From contig CAVOKF010000005.1 in the NCBI GenBank assembly GCA_963696385.1, positions 448,001-512,000 of the forward strand: a stretch of DNA of 64,000 nucleotides, written 5' to 3'. Made by a program: the position numbers and the translations under genes. The notes under the pieces were generated by a model that saw only the letters and a list, made by a program, of their open reading frames with translations, made no database searches and was not told the DNA's origin. Positions 47,796 to 58,075 of the stretch are shown piece after piece. Each line of letters starts with the position of its first letter. Positions within the stretch are counted from its first letter, which is position 1. The stretch comes from an uncultured delta proteobacterium (lineage in GTDB: Bacteria > Myxococcota_A > Polyangia > Polyangiales > Polyangiaceae).

Positions 47796-49181
47796 ATGAG
47801 CCGAGACCCTCGTATCGCCCCATCCGATGCCCTCGTTTTCTTCGGAGCTACCGGGGACCTGGCCTATAAAAAAATTTTTCCCGCGCTCCAGGCGATGGCC
47901 GGACGTGGCAAGCTCACGTTTCCGGTGATCGGAGTCGCCAAGTCCGGTTGGGACCTCCAACAGTTCGTCGACCGCGCGAGAAAGAGCGTCACCGAGTTCG
48001 GCGGTTTGCGCGAAGAGGCCTTCCGGACGCTCGTCGGGCGTCTTCGGTACGTCGATGGCGACTACGGGGATCCCGCCACGTTCAACGCGCTCAAAGGCGA
48101 GCTCGGCGATGCCAAGAGACCGACCCACTATTTGGCGATCCCTCCGAGCATGTTCCCGACGGTTTCTCTGCGCTTGGCCGAAGCGGGGCTGCACACCAAC
48201 GCCCGCGTGGTGGTCGAAAAGCCGTTCGGACGTGACCTGGAATCGGCCCGCGCGCTCAACGCGACACTGCATCAGTTTTTCGACGAGGCCTCGATTTTCC
48301 GAATCGATCACTATTTGGGTAAAGAGGCCGTCCAGAACATTCTTTACTTCCGCTTCGCGAACGCATTCCTCGAACCGATTTGGAACCGAAACTACGTCGA
48401 GAACATTCAGATTACGATGGCCGAAAGCTTCGGCGTGGCTGGCCGCGGCAAGTTCTACGAGGAGACGGGCGTCGTTCGTGACGTCATCCAGAACCATATG
48501 TTTCAAATCGTCTCGTATTTGGCCATGGAGCCGCCTTCGAGCACCTACGCCGAAGCGATTCGCGACGAGCAGGCGAAGGTCCTGCGCAACGTGAGAGCCC
48601 TCAGCGACGCGAACATGGTGCGCGGCCAGTTTCGGGGCTATCGCGACGAACCGGGTGTGGCCAAGGACTCGTACATGGCCACGTATGCGGCGCTCCGTCT
48701 CTTCGTCGACTCGTGGCGCTGGGATGGCGTTCCGTTTTTGGTGCGCGCCGGCAAGTGCCTCCAGATGACATGCACGGAGGTCATGGTCGAATTGCGCAAT
48801 CCGCCGCAGGTCGTGTTCTCCGAACCGACGCCGTCCGTCGGCAATTACGTTCGCTTTCGTCTGTCTCCTCATGTCTCGATCGCGATCGGCGCGCGCGCCA
48901 AGCGGCCCGGAGAAAACATGGCCGGCCAGCCGATCGAGCTGTCGGTCGTGCAGCAGCCGAAGAGCGACGAGATGGACGCGTACGAACGGCTGCTCGGTGA
49001 TGCGATGGCCGGCGACGCGACGCTTTTTGCTCGACAGGACGTGGTCGAAGCGGCGTGGCGCATCGTCGATCCGGTCATCCACGGACCGAGCGAGATGTGG
49101 GAATACGAACCAGGCTCCTGGGGACCTCCCCAAGCCGATCGACTCGTGGCCGCGATCGGTGGATGGAACACTCCCCGGTGA
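47796..49181 (+). CDS. zwf: Glucose-6-phosphate dehydrogenase
   Basis: [33 protein letters not shown]. Confidence 0.96.
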   Translation: MSRDPRIAPSDALVFFGATGDLAYKKIFPALQAMAGRGKLTFPVIGVAKSGWDLQQFVDRARKSVTEFGGLREEAFRTLVGRLRYVDGDYGDPATFNALKGELGDAKRPTHYLAIPPSMFPTVSLRLAEAGLHTNARVVVEKPFGRDLESARALNATLHQFFDEASIFRIDHYLGKEAVQNILYFRFANAFLEPIWNRNYVENIQITMAESFGVAGRGKFYEETGVVRDVIQNHMFQIVSYLAMEPPSSTYAEAIRDEQAKVLRNVRALSDANMVRGQFRGYRDEPGVAKDSYMATYAALRLFVDSWRWDGVPFLVRAGKCLQMTCTEVMVELRNPPQVVFSEPTPSVGNYVRFRLSPHVSIAIGARAKRPGENMAGQPIELSVVQQPKSDEMDAYERLLGDAMAGDATLFARQDVVEAAWRIVDPVIHGPSEMWEYEPGSWGPPQADRLVAAIGGWNTPR

Positions 49182-49193
49182 GCTTACGCCGAG

Positions 49194-50147
49194 CTAGCGT
49201 TCGGGGCCGGGTGTGGCTTCCGGCGGGTGCGTCCATGAAAGTCGGTCGTTCGGCCCCAACGCCTCGATTTCGTGGAAACGGGCATAATCGATGGTGCGGT
49301 CGCCGTTGGGCTCGATCGTCAGGACGTCGGCAAAGCGCGCATTGAGGACGATGTCCGAAAGCTTGTATTGGTATCGAGCCTGAATCTGCTGGGCGAGGGT
49401 CTCGTCGATGCCCGTGAAAGCGAGGAAAAGCGCGGCGCCCGATTCGGACAATCGCGCGATGGCGTCCGCACCGCCCCAAAAGGGGCTGGTCGGGTCGATG
49501 CGATGCATGGGCATCCACGAGAGGGCGAAGAGCGCAGTCCGATCCCGCACCAGCGGTAGCTCGACCGGCGTGCGAATGACGTCGCCCTCCTGGGTCCGTT
49601 GCAGCATGAGCAAGAGCACCCGCAGCTGTCCCTCCACGACCATGTTGCCGCGCCAGTTGGCGAGACGGAACACGAGGTGAGGAACGCCGTCCCGGACGTG
49701 AATCACCGCCTTCTCCGCGAAGAGCACGCGTGCCGTCGGGCGGGCGAATTTGGCGAACGTGACGCCGGTCATGAGCGCGATGCCCAACGTGCCGACCAAC
49801 GCCTCGACGACCACGATGGCGTGCCCGTACCGGGTCGCGGGGGCCATCGCGCCGTAACCGATTGTCGCGAACGTCTGGACGCTGAAATAAAAGGCATCCT
49901 CCAAGCCCGGCGCGGCGTTCGAGACGCATCCTGGGCGTGCGGCATAAAGCGCGGCGAACCCGAGATTGGTCCCCACCCACATCGCCGTGACGACCGCGAA
50001 GAAGCGCCACCACGAAACCGTCAGTACCTTGTGGTACAGGTCCTCGAAGTACGAGACGCGCTGCCCACGCGTGTGCACGGTGAGAGAGGCCCGCGTTGCC
50101 GATCGGAAGCGAATCGCCTTCGGCTTCGGACCGGCTCCGTTCGACAC
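49194..50147 (-). CDS. Inward-rectifier K+ channel (KirBac-like)
   Basis: FSVQTFATIGYG selectivity filter, two TM helices, FAKFARP, H-x-I-D-x-x-S-P. Start GTG 50147 or ATG 50159. Confidence 0.92.
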   Translation of the reverse strand: MSNGAGPKPKAIRFRSATRASLTVHTRGQRVSYFEDLYHKVLTVSWWRFFAVVTAMWVGTNLGFAALYAARPGCVSNAAPGLEDAFYFSVQTFATIGYGAMAPATRYGHAIVVVEALVGTLGIALMTGVTFAKFARPTARVLFAEKAVIHVRDGVPHLVFRLANWRGNMVVEGQLRVLLLMLQRTQEGDVIRTPVELPLVRDRTALFALSWMPMHRIDPTSPFWGGADAIARLSESGAALFLAFTGIDETLAQQIQARYQYKLSDIVLNARFADVLTIEPNGDRTIDYARFHEIEALGPNDRLSWTHPPEATPGPER

Positions 50148-50195
50148 CCGGCCGAGCATAGCGTGGCTGCGCGCCGATCCGCCGCCAAGGGCAAG

Positions 50196-50397
50196 CGCCG
50201 GCTCTCAGAGACTGAACGTTTCTCGGACCGCGACGAAAAAACGAGCGCCTGGGCGGCCATCGGGAGGGGTGGCAGCGGCTCGCGTCGTTGGGTTCCGCCG
50301 GCTTTCACAGATTGAACGTTCCTCGGACCCCGACGAAAACGAGCGCGTGGGCAGCCATCTGGATGGGCTGTACCGGTTCGGGTTGCTGTTGGGTTCC
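50196..50397 (-). repeat. 100-bp-period degenerate tandem duplication spanning the stop codon of the beta-barrel gene
   Basis: 50196-50295 aligns with 50296-50397 (roughly 80% by eye); the stop TCA recurs at 50205 and 50305. Confidence 0.9.
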
Positions 50398-51069
50398 GGA
50401 GCGGATTGTGATCGCGCCGGACTGCGTATTGTACTCGCCGACGGTGCCCAAAAGGAACGGACCCACGCCGAAGGTCTCGCTAAAGCGCCAGTCGAACCCC
50501 GCCGTCAAAGACGCGAACTCCCAACCCCGATCGGTGAAGTCCTCCACCAGGGTCGCCCGCACATAGGTCGCTCCTTGCGGCACGACGGTGCTCCCATCGA
50601 AGCTCGAGTGCAGAATTTCGTAACCGGCGCCGAGTCCCACGTACGGATCGAATGGGCGCTGCGGCAAGAAGTGGTAGTCCCCTTCGACCCCGAAGCGATA
50701 ATCTTGGGCGGTACACGACCACCCGCTCTGGCACGTCAGCGCGTAGGTCTTTAAAAACACCGGAGCGTACTGGCCGTAGACGCCGAGATAGAGCTCCGGA
50801 AGCACTCGCCAACCTGCGTCGACGAGGACCGGCAGAGCCCCGGAGCTCGCGTCGCTCAAATTCAATCCGTGGTAAACGACGCCCAGCCCGTACGTGTAAC
50901 CGACGCGCACGCCCGTCTGAAAGCCGGTTCGCGGCCCGCGGGGTGCGCGTGACTCGGCCGCGCCGGGGCCGCCGGACGCGTCGTCGGCCGCTCGGGCTTC
51001 GGCTGCGACGCCAACCGCCGAGCAGACTGCGGCCACACAAGCGATTCGAGATGCTCTCGACGTTCTCAT
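50305..51069 (-). CDS. Small outer-membrane beta-barrel protein
   Basis: Signal peptide (ARA); amphipathic strands; DPYVGLGAGYE; C-terminal VRGTFNL. Confidence 0.85.
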   Translation of the reverse strand: MRTSRASRIACVAAVCSAVGVAAEARAADDASGGPGAAESRAPRGPRTGFQTGVRVGYTYGLGVVYHGLNLSDASSGALPVLVDAGWRVLPELYLGVYGQYAPVFLKTYALTCQSGWSCTAQDYRFGVEGDYHFLPQRPFDPYVGLGAGYEILHSSFDGSTVVPQGATYVRATLVEDFTDRGWEFASLTAGFDWRFSETFGVGPFLLGTVGEYNTQSGAITIRSGTQQQPEPVQPIQMAAHALVFVGVRGTFNL

Positions 51070-51207
51070 TGGGCCATGGTTGAGGGTCCGCCGCCCGGGC
51101 GCAAGGCCAAGGCGGCGTCCCTCGCAGGCCGGACCGAGATCGACGTCGGCCGCCGGGGCGGAAAACGCCGAACTTTATAGCCAATCTCGATGTCGGTGGC
51201 CGCTCAA

Positions 51208-53613
51208 TCAGTGGGCCATCGATGCCGTGAGCCCCGCGCCGTCGAGCGCAGTCGTTCGGCGCGGAAGCGGTCGCTCCTCGAGTGCCGCGTCGATCACTTG
51301 GCACATCTGGGAGACGAACACGAACTCGATCTCGTGTTTGATTTCGTCGGGCACTTCGTCCAAATCGAACCGGTTTCGCTCCGGCACGATGACCCGCCGG
51401 ATGCCCGCGCGATGGGCCGCGAGGACCTTTTCCTTGAGCCCACCGATCGGCAGCACGCGCCCTCTCAGGGTGATCTCTCCGGTCATCGCCACGTCCGGTC
51501 TCACTCGAACTCCCGTGAGCAGCGACACGAGCGCGGTCAGAAGAGTGACGCCGGCGCTGGGTCCGTCCTTCGGCATCGCGCCCGCCGGCACGTGAATGTG
51601 CACGTCGTTCTTGTCGAGGAAGTCTCTCGCGATGCCCCAGCGGTGCGTGTTCGCGCGCACGTAGCTGAGGGCTGCGGCGGCGCTCTCTTTCATCACGTCG
51701 CCGAGTTGTCCAGTCAGCGTGAGCTTGCCACTTCCTGGCATGAGAGTCGCCTCGACGAAGAGGATCTGTCCGCCGACCGGCGTCCAGGCGAGGCCTGTAG
51801 CCACGCCCGGCTCCGAGGTGCGCTCGGCGACCGGATCCTCGTGGCGCGCGGGCCCTAAGAAGGGCCGAATGTCTTCCTGGTTGCCCACGACGGTCGCTTC
51901 TTCCCGTCCTTCTGCGAAGCGCACCGCGACCCCACGAACGACGGCAGCGATGCTCTTCTCGAGCGATCGGACGCCGGCTTCGCGGGTGTAGCCGTCGATG
52001 AGGATCGACAGTGCGCTGTCGGTGATCTCGAGCTTGTCCGCTGTGAGGCCGTGCTCCGACAGCTGCTTGGGGACCAGGTGTCGCTTTGCGATGGCAAGCT
52101 TCTCCTGCCGCGTGTACCCGGGGATTTCGATGATCTCCATCCGGTCTCGCAGCGGGGCCGGAATCGTGTCGGCGACGTTCGCGGTCGCGACGAACATCAC
52201 GTTCGACAGGTTGTACGGAATCTCGAGGTAGTGATCGGTAAACGTGTCGTTCTGTTCGGGGTCGAGAACCTCGAGAAGCGCCGAAGACGGGTCTCCCCGG
52301 AATCCGTCGTGTCCGAGCTTGTCGACTTCGTCGAGCATGAACACCGGGTTGGTGACCCCGACCTTCTTCAGTCCTTGGATGATGTTGCCCGGGAGCGCGC
52401 CGACGTACGTACGCCGGTGCCCGCGCAGAGCGGCCTCGTCGTGGACGCCGCCGAGCGAGATGCGATGGAACTTTCGCTCGAGAGCGCGAGCGATGCTGCG
52501 GCCGAGCGAGGTCTTGCCGACCCCCGGCGGGCCGATCAAGCATAGGATGGGTCCCTTCTTGTCGCCCTTGAGCTTTCGGACCGCCAGGTACTCGAGGATT
52601 CGTTTCTTCACCTTCTCGAGACCGTAGTGGTCGGCGTCCAGCACGGCACGGACGTGGGCGATGTCGGACGCATCCGGGGTGCTCGTCTTCCACGGCAGGT
52701 CGAGGATCCACTCGACGTAGGTCCGCACCATCGAAAACTCCGGCGAGCCGCCCTGCATGGATCGAAGCCGCTTGATTTGCTTGGCGACCACCTCCGCCGC
52801 CTCGGGCGAGAGCTGCGCACCGGAGGCCCGCTGTTCGAGCGCATCCAAGTCGTTGTCGCCGTCGCCATCGGTCTCCCCGAGCTCCTTTTCGATGGCCTTC
52901 TTCTGCTGTCGCAGCAGGTGTTCTCGCTGGGTCTTGCTCATCTCCTCTTGGACCTGCGCACTGATGTCGTCGCGCATCTTGAGGACCTCGCCTCGTCGAA
53001 TCACACGCGTGAGGACGGCGAGTACGCGGGCCTTCACGTCGAGTGTCGCCAAGAGCTCGGTCTTGTCGGCCGTCGTCCCTTCCATGCGCCCCGCGACGAA
53101 ATCGGCGAGCGCGCCCGGGTCGTCGATCGCGTTGATCTGAGCCGCAAATTCCGCAGGCACATGCAGCCGGTCCATGACCGTCCGCACGGCGTGCCGCAGG
53201 GCGCCGAACAATTGTGCGAGCTCTTCGTCTGCGGCGTTCACCTCTCGGGCCTCGTGGACCTTGGCCGTCGGAAGTGGGTCGCTGGACACGATCGCATCGA
53301 GCTCGGCGCGGACGATGCCGCGCAGAGTGACGACGGCACTCGGGGCCCGTCCAGGCGCGGCGATCACGTCGGCGAGCGTGCCGACAGCGTAGAGGTCCTG
53401 CGCTGCAGGAGCGTCGAGGGCCGCGATGTTTTTGGCCGTGAACACGGCCACGTAGCGGGACCCGTTGGACGACAAGCGTTCAGCCGCCTCGGTGCTCCTC
53501 ATCTCGAGCTGGACGATCATGCCCGGGAACATGACGGCATCGGGCAATACGATCAGCGGAAGCTCGTCCGGAAAAGCGGGGCCAGCAGGCGGTGCAGAAG
53601 TGGGAGTGGCCAT
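51208..53613 (-). CDS. lon: ATP-dependent Lon protease
   Basis: DHYGL, GPPGVGKTS, GHRRTYVGA, DEVDK, LLEVLDPEQN, KDGPSAG, GGLKEK; AAAGAGG RBS. Confidence 0.97.
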   Translation of the reverse strand: MATPTSAPPAGPAFPDELPLIVLPDAVMFPGMIVQLEMRSTEAAERLSSNGSRYVAVFTAKNIAALDAPAAQDLYAVGTLADVIAAPGRAPSAVVTLRGIVRAELDAIVSSDPLPTAKVHEAREVNAADEELAQLFGALRHAVRTVMDRLHVPAEFAAQINAIDDPGALADFVAGRMEGTTADKTELLATLDVKARVLAVLTRVIRRGEVLKMRDDISAQVQEEMSKTQREHLLRQQKKAIEKELGETDGDGDNDLDALEQRASGAQLSPEAAEVVAKQIKRLRSMQGGSPEFSMVRTYVEWILDLPWKTSTPDASDIAHVRAVLDADHYGLEKVKKRILEYLAVRKLKGDKKGPILCLIGPPGVGKTSLGRSIARALERKFHRISLGGVHDEAALRGHRRTYVGALPGNIIQGLKKVGVTNPVFMLDEVDKLGHDGFRGDPSSALLEVLDPEQNDTFTDHYLEIPYNLSNVMFVATANVADTIPAPLRDRMEIIEIPGYTRQEKLAIAKRHLVPKQLSEHGLTADKLEITDSALSILIDGYTREAGVRSLEKSIAAVVRGVAVRFAEGREEATVVGNQEDIRPFLGPARHEDPVAERTSEPGVATGLAWTPVGGQILFVEATLMPGSGKLTLTGQLGDVMKESAAAALSYVRANTHRWGIARDFLDKNDVHIHVPAGAMPKDGPSAGVTLLTALVSLLTGVRVRPDVAMTGEITLRGRVLPIGGLKEKVLAAHRAGIRRVIVPERNRFDLDEVPDEIKHEIEFVFVSQMCQVIDAALEERPLPRRTTALDGAGLTASMAH

Positions 53614-53825
53614 ATGTGTTCCTCTTTCTCGCAGACGCTCCGGGTTTCGGGCGTCTGGGCGTGCGTCCACGCGTCCGTCTGCTTGTCAAGAGTGCGCACG
53701 GAAGCGCGGACCGGGTCGCCCCGCCGTATGAACGGTCGGGCCGATGTGCCGATGATGAAACCGTAAGCACGTCTTTGGATCGCGCTAGCTGTCGGGCTTC
53801 CGACGGGAACCAAGGATCCCCGCGG

Positions 53826-54518
53826 TCAGTCGCGACGACGGTCACCCACGATGCGCAAGAGGAAGAGAAACATGTTGATGAAGTCGAGATACAGCGTGAG
53901 GGCACCCACGAGCGGGAGGTTGGCGGCGGAGCCGCTTCGCTGAAACATCTCCTTCAGGCGCTGCGTGTCGTACGCGGTCAATCCCGCAAAGACGATCACG
54001 CCGGCAAACGTGATGAGCCACTCGAGCCCGCCGCTGCGCAAGAACAGGTTGACCACCGACGCGAGGATCACGCCGATCAGGGCGAAAAAACCGAAGCGGC
54101 CGACGGCACTGAGGTCGCGCTTCGTGACAGTCCCGAACGCGGACAGGGCGGCGAACGAACCCGCGGTCACGAAGAACGTCGCCGCGATCGAAGACGATGT
54201 GTAAACAAGGAAAAGCGTCGAGAAGGTGACCCCCGTCAGCGCCGCGTAGCCGAAGAACATGAGTGCTGCCACGGCGGTGCTCACGCGTGTTGCGAGCGCG
54301 CTCAGAGCGAAGACGAGCCCCAGCTGGCCGAAGAGAAGCGCGTAGAAAAGAATCCGGTTTCCGACAAAGAAACTCAGGGCGGCCGGGGAATTCGCCACGC
54401 CCAGCGCGACCAACCCCGTCAAAGCCAATCCGACCGTCATCCACCGGTACGTGACCCAGAGCGCATCGACGCTCGCGTCGCGGGAGAGGCTTGCGGATCG
54501 TTGTAGCGCGTAATCCAT
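53826..54518 (-). CDS. Bax inhibitor-1/YccA family membrane protein
   Basis: About seven TM helices; TKRDLS, LTAYDTQRLK, ALTLYLDFINMFLFLL. Confidence 0.93.
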   Translation of the reverse strand: MDYALQRSASLSRDASVDALWVTYRWMTVGLALTGLVALGVANSPAALSFFVGNRILFYALLFGQLGLVFALSALATRVSTAVAALMFFGYAALTGVTFSTLFLVYTSSSIAATFFVTAGSFAALSAFGTVTKRDLSAVGRFGFFALIGVILASVVNLFLRSGGLEWLITFAGVIVFAGLTAYDTQRLKEMFQRSGSAANLPLVGALTLYLDFINMFLFLLRIVGDRRRD

Positions 54519-54586
54519 GGAGACAATGTAAGTCGCGAAGGGGGCAACGGGAAGGGGTTCAGTTTAGGTCGAGGTCGGCTGAGGTC

Positions 54587-54729
54587 GGTCGAGGTAAGGT
54601 CGAGGTAAGGTCGAGGTAAGGTCGAGGTAAGGTCGAGGTAAGGTCGAGCTGAGGTCGAGCTGAGGTCGAGCTGAGGTCGAGCTGAGGTCGAGCTGAGGTC
54701 GAGCTGAGGTCGAGCTGAGGTCGAGCTGA
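54587..54729. repeat. 11-bp tandem array: 5 x GGTCGAGGTAA then 8 x GGTCGAGCTGA
   Basis: Counted directly; degenerate GGTCG flanks extend to about 54567 and 54741. Confidence 0.97.
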
Positions 54730-54841
54730 GGTCGAGGTCGGCAACTACCTGGATCGAAGCGAACTATGGATTCGTCGAACACGTGTGCGAGCGCAATGGC
54801 AACAAGGCGGCCAGCGAATGCGCCGGAGCCGAAGTCGCGCT

Positions 54842-54876
54842 TGTTACGTAATGGCAGTGCGCCTGTTACGTAATGG
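54842..54876. promoter_or_regulatory. Tandem operator-like sites
   Basis: TGTTACGTAATGG at 54842 and 54864 (22 bp apart); each contains the palindrome TTACGTAA. Confidence 0.5.
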
Positions 54877-55238
54877 TTCTGCGGTCGCCCATTGCCGTTC
54901 CGCGGATGAAAAGCGGTTGGCTCATATCGTCGAACTCCGGTTCGTCGCACGGCCGCGTGGCCGTGGAGGCGCCGAAATTCGCGACCTCGGATCGCGAATC
55001 GGGCCCGCATTCCCATGAATCGCCGATGCCTCGGCACTTCGAAGTCCGCTGTACGTACAAGGGAACCAAGCGGCCGAATGCCTTCGAGGGGCTTCGCCGA
55101 TTGTCGCGAACGATGTGGACGAGAGAGTCATACTTTGACATAAGCGGTAGGAGAACGCCATGAGGGCCCGGACATCTCTCTCAGATTGACGTCTCGACAC
55201 ACCTGCCATGACTCCAGACCAAGAAACCGAGGTTCCCA

Positions 55239-58058
55239 ATGCATTCAGAGCAAGAAGGAGAGGCAATTAGGACCCTTGACAGCTCGCGTGAGCCGTCGCG
55301 GGCCCCAGACGCGTCGAATGACGAAACGGATGTGCAGGACCTGACGGCGAGACGCTACGCCAGGGCTGGGCAGAAGTACGCCAAACTCGTCAATCCCCAG
55401 GTTACCGATCTGCTCGAACGCCTCCGTATGGACAAATGCTACGTGCGCGGCGAGGGCCATCTGCTCGTCGACGCGGAAGGCAACCATATTCTCGATGCCG
55501 TATCCGGTTACGGCGCGGTTCCCTTCGGTCACAATTGCGAGTGGGTCTGGAGCGCCGTCCGGGACTTCGAACGGTCACGCGAGCCGGCCATCGTGCAGCC
55601 GTCCGTTTTGCCTGGCGCGGGGGAGCTTGCCGAGGCCCTCATTCGCCATGCCCCACCCGGGCTTCGCCACGTCGTATTTGGAAATAGCGGAACGGAAGCC
55701 GTCGAAGCGGCCATCAAAGCCTGCCGCGTGGCCACGAGGCGACTCGGGATCATCTCGACGGAAGGTGGCTTTCACGGAAAGACCTTGGGAGCCCTCTCGG
55801 CAACCGGAAGAGATTTTTTCCAGACCGGCTCCGGGGCGCCCGTGGCGGGCTTCCGCCGCGTCCCCTACGGGGACGCGGACGCCCTCGAACAGGTGCTGCG
55901 GGAGTGCGCCGCGAGCACGGCCGCCTTCATCGTCGAGCCAATCCAAGGCGAGGGCGGCGTCATCGAGCCGCCCGCCGATTACCTCAAAGCGGTCCGCGCG
56001 CTGTGCGACAAGCACGACGTTCTGCTCATTGTGGACGAGGTTCAAACCGGGCTGGGGCGCACCGGGCCGCTCTTCGCCTGCCTTGCCGAAGGAATCATCC
56101 CCGACGCCCTGACTCTTTCCAAAGCCCTTGGCGGGGGCCTTGTGCCGGTCTCAGCGTGCCTTTTGTCGCCGAAGGCCTACACGAAAGACTTCGCCTTGAA
56201 GCACTCTTCGACCTTCGCCGGCAACGCCTTGGCGATGCGCGTGGGTCTTCGAGTCGTCGAGCGTTTGGTGTCGGATGGCGAGGCCGTGCTCGAGAACGTC
56301 GTAAGGCAGGGTGCTTACCTCAAGCGCGGCTTGCGCGAAGTGCAGCGCGAGTACGGTTCGGTCATCCGTGACGTGCGCGGTCGAGGTCTGATGCTCGGTG
56401 TCGAGCTCGGCGTCGACCGCACGAACATCCGGCGAGGTCTGGGGGCTCTCTTGCCGATGCTCGGAGAGGGCCTCGCTCCCTTCGCGGCGAGCTATTTGCT
56501 CAATGTAAGCCATCTTCGGGTCGCCCCGACGTTGCACGGGACGACTGTCCTGCGCGTGCAACCACCTCTGACCGTCACCCTCGACGAATGCGACTGGATC
56601 CTTCGAGCATTCGACGACTTAGCGTCGGTGATGGCTTCGGGCCGGTCCGACCGGTTCGTGCGGCACTTGCTGCCACCCACCGAAGCGGTCGTTCGGAGTT
56701 CGGGTTTTTATCGCGTCACCGCACCTCACGTGCCGGACGCAGAGATACCCTCCTTCACCGACCGCACGGAGCTCCTGAAGCCGAAGGGCCAACCCGAGGA
56801 AGGGCGCTTTGCCTTCGTCTTTCATATGCTCGACGGAAAGAGTCTGTCCGAGTGCGACCGGTCCCTTGAGGGGATTGCGCCGTCGGACCTCGAAAGCATC
56901 GTTGATCGGTTCGCGGACTTGACGCGCCCGTTCGTTGTCTCACGGGTCCGGATCGAGTCTCTCGCGGGCCATGCTGCCATTGGAGACTTCATTCTCCTCC
57001 CCAAGACGACCAAGCAGCTTCTGCGTCTCTCACCGGGAGAGGCACTCAACGAGGTGGCACAAGCCGTCGCCTTGGGCATCGAGGGGGGCGCCAAGATCGT
57101 TGGACTCGGCGGTTACACCTCCGTCGTCACGCAGAATCTGAAACCGCTGTTGAAGCTTGGAGTTCCACTGACGACGGGCAACAGCTACACGGTGGTCTCG
57201 GCCATCGATGCGGCTCTGCAAGCGGCGCGGGTCGCGGGCCGTGACCTCCGGATGGCCCGAGCCGTCATCGTGGGGGGCGGCGGCAGCATCGGCAGCGCTC
57301 TGGCATCTCTGCTCGCAGAGCGCGTGCCGTCGCTCGTCCTCGTGGGGCGTGAGGGTGACGCGACCGCCGTGCGCAGCCGTTATGCGATGATCGTGGCGCG
57401 AATGACCCGCCATGCAGCGCGCCGACAGGGCCACGGTGCCGTGCTCCCGAAAGGATCGCTGGGGCACTCGCTCAGCCGGCTTCCGGTTGCCGCCGAGCTC
57501 GCTCGACGCGACGGCCGGCTCGTCTTGAGCGACGACGAAGAAAGGCTCGTCCTGAACCAGGTGCGCGGTTTGAAAGTTCGCTGGACAACCGATTTGCCCG
57601 AGGCGCTGGCTCAGGCGGACTTGGTCATTCTCGCCACGAGCAGCCCCGAGCAGTTGGTCACGCCCGAGATGGTGCAACCCGGGACGGTGATCTGCGACTT
57701 GTCCCGCCCTGCCAACGTGAGCGATGCGCTCTTCCGCCGCGAAGACGTCCTGGTCATCGATGGCGGAATCGTCGAAGTCCCGCAGCGACCGGATCTTGGT
57801 TTTCACTTCGGCCTGGGTCGGGGCCTCGCGTATGCGTGCATGGCGGAGACGATGATGTTGGCCCTTGAGTCTCGTTACGAGCACACGAGCCTGGGCCGAG
57901 ATCTGCAAGAAAGCACCCTCGACATGCTCGGTGCGCTCTCCGAAAAACACGGGTTTCGATTGGCGGAGCTACGCGCCCGGCAGCGACCCCTTCGTATCTC
58001 TGAATCGAGAAAGCTGTCGCTCGCCAATCGCGGGAACCTCCGACTGGCGCGAGCCTGA
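55239..58058 (+). CDS. Class-III PLP aminotransferase fused to an acyl-ACP/thioester reductase-like domain
   Basis: GYGAVPFGHN, NSGTEAVE, FHGKT, EPIQGEGG, DEVQTGLGRTG, LSKALGGG, STFAGN; then FAFVFH, IVGLGGYTSVV, TTGNSYT, GGGGSIG, DLSRP, YACMAETM. Start uncertain. Confidence 0.88.
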   Translation: MHSEQEGEAIRTLDSSREPSRAPDASNDETDVQDLTARRYARAGQKYAKLVNPQVTDLLERLRMDKCYVRGEGHLLVDAEGNHILDAVSGYGAVPFGHNCEWVWSAVRDFERSREPAIVQPSVLPGAGELAEALIRHAPPGLRHVVFGNSGTEAVEAAIKACRVATRRLGIISTEGGFHGKTLGALSATGRDFFQTGSGAPVAGFRRVPYGDADALEQVLRECAASTAAFIVEPIQGEGGVIEPPADYLKAVRALCDKHDVLLIVDEVQTGLGRTGPLFACLAEGIIPDALTLSKALGGGLVPVSACLLSPKAYTKDFALKHSSTFAGNALAMRVGLRVVERLVSDGEAVLENVVRQGAYLKRGLREVQREYGSVIRDVRGRGLMLGVELGVDRTNIRRGLGALLPMLGEGLAPFAASYLLNVSHLRVAPTLHGTTVLRVQPPLTVTLDECDWILRAFDDLASVMASGRSDRFVRHLLPPTEAVVRSSGFYRVTAPHVPDAEIPSFTDRTELLKPKGQPEEGRFAFVFHMLDGKSLSECDRSLEGIAPSDLESIVDRFADLTRPFVVSRVRIESLAGHAAIGDFILLPKTTKQLLRLSPGEALNEVAQAVALGIEGGAKIVGLGGYTSVVTQNLKPLLKLGVPLTTGNSYTVVSAIDAALQAARVAGRDLRMARAVIVGGGGSIGSALASLLAERVPSLVLVGREGDATAVRSRYAMIVARMTRHAARRQGHGAVLPKGSLGHSLSRLPVAAELARRDGRLVLSDDEERLVLNQVRGLKVRWTTDLPEALAQADLVILATSSPEQLVTPEMVQPGTVICDLSRPANVSDALFRREDVLVIDGGIVEVPQRPDLGFHFGLGRGLAYACMAETMMLALESRYEHTSLGRDLQESTLDMLGALSEKHGFRLAELRARQRPLRISESRKLSLANRGNLRLARA

Positions 58059-58075
58059 CCTGGAGGATCGCGCCC

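Noticed and set aside
54567..54741. CRISPR array, or coding ORFs across the 11-mer array
   Set aside because: No spacers, the unit is too short and there are no cas genes; the minus-strand ORFs merely reflect the repeat.
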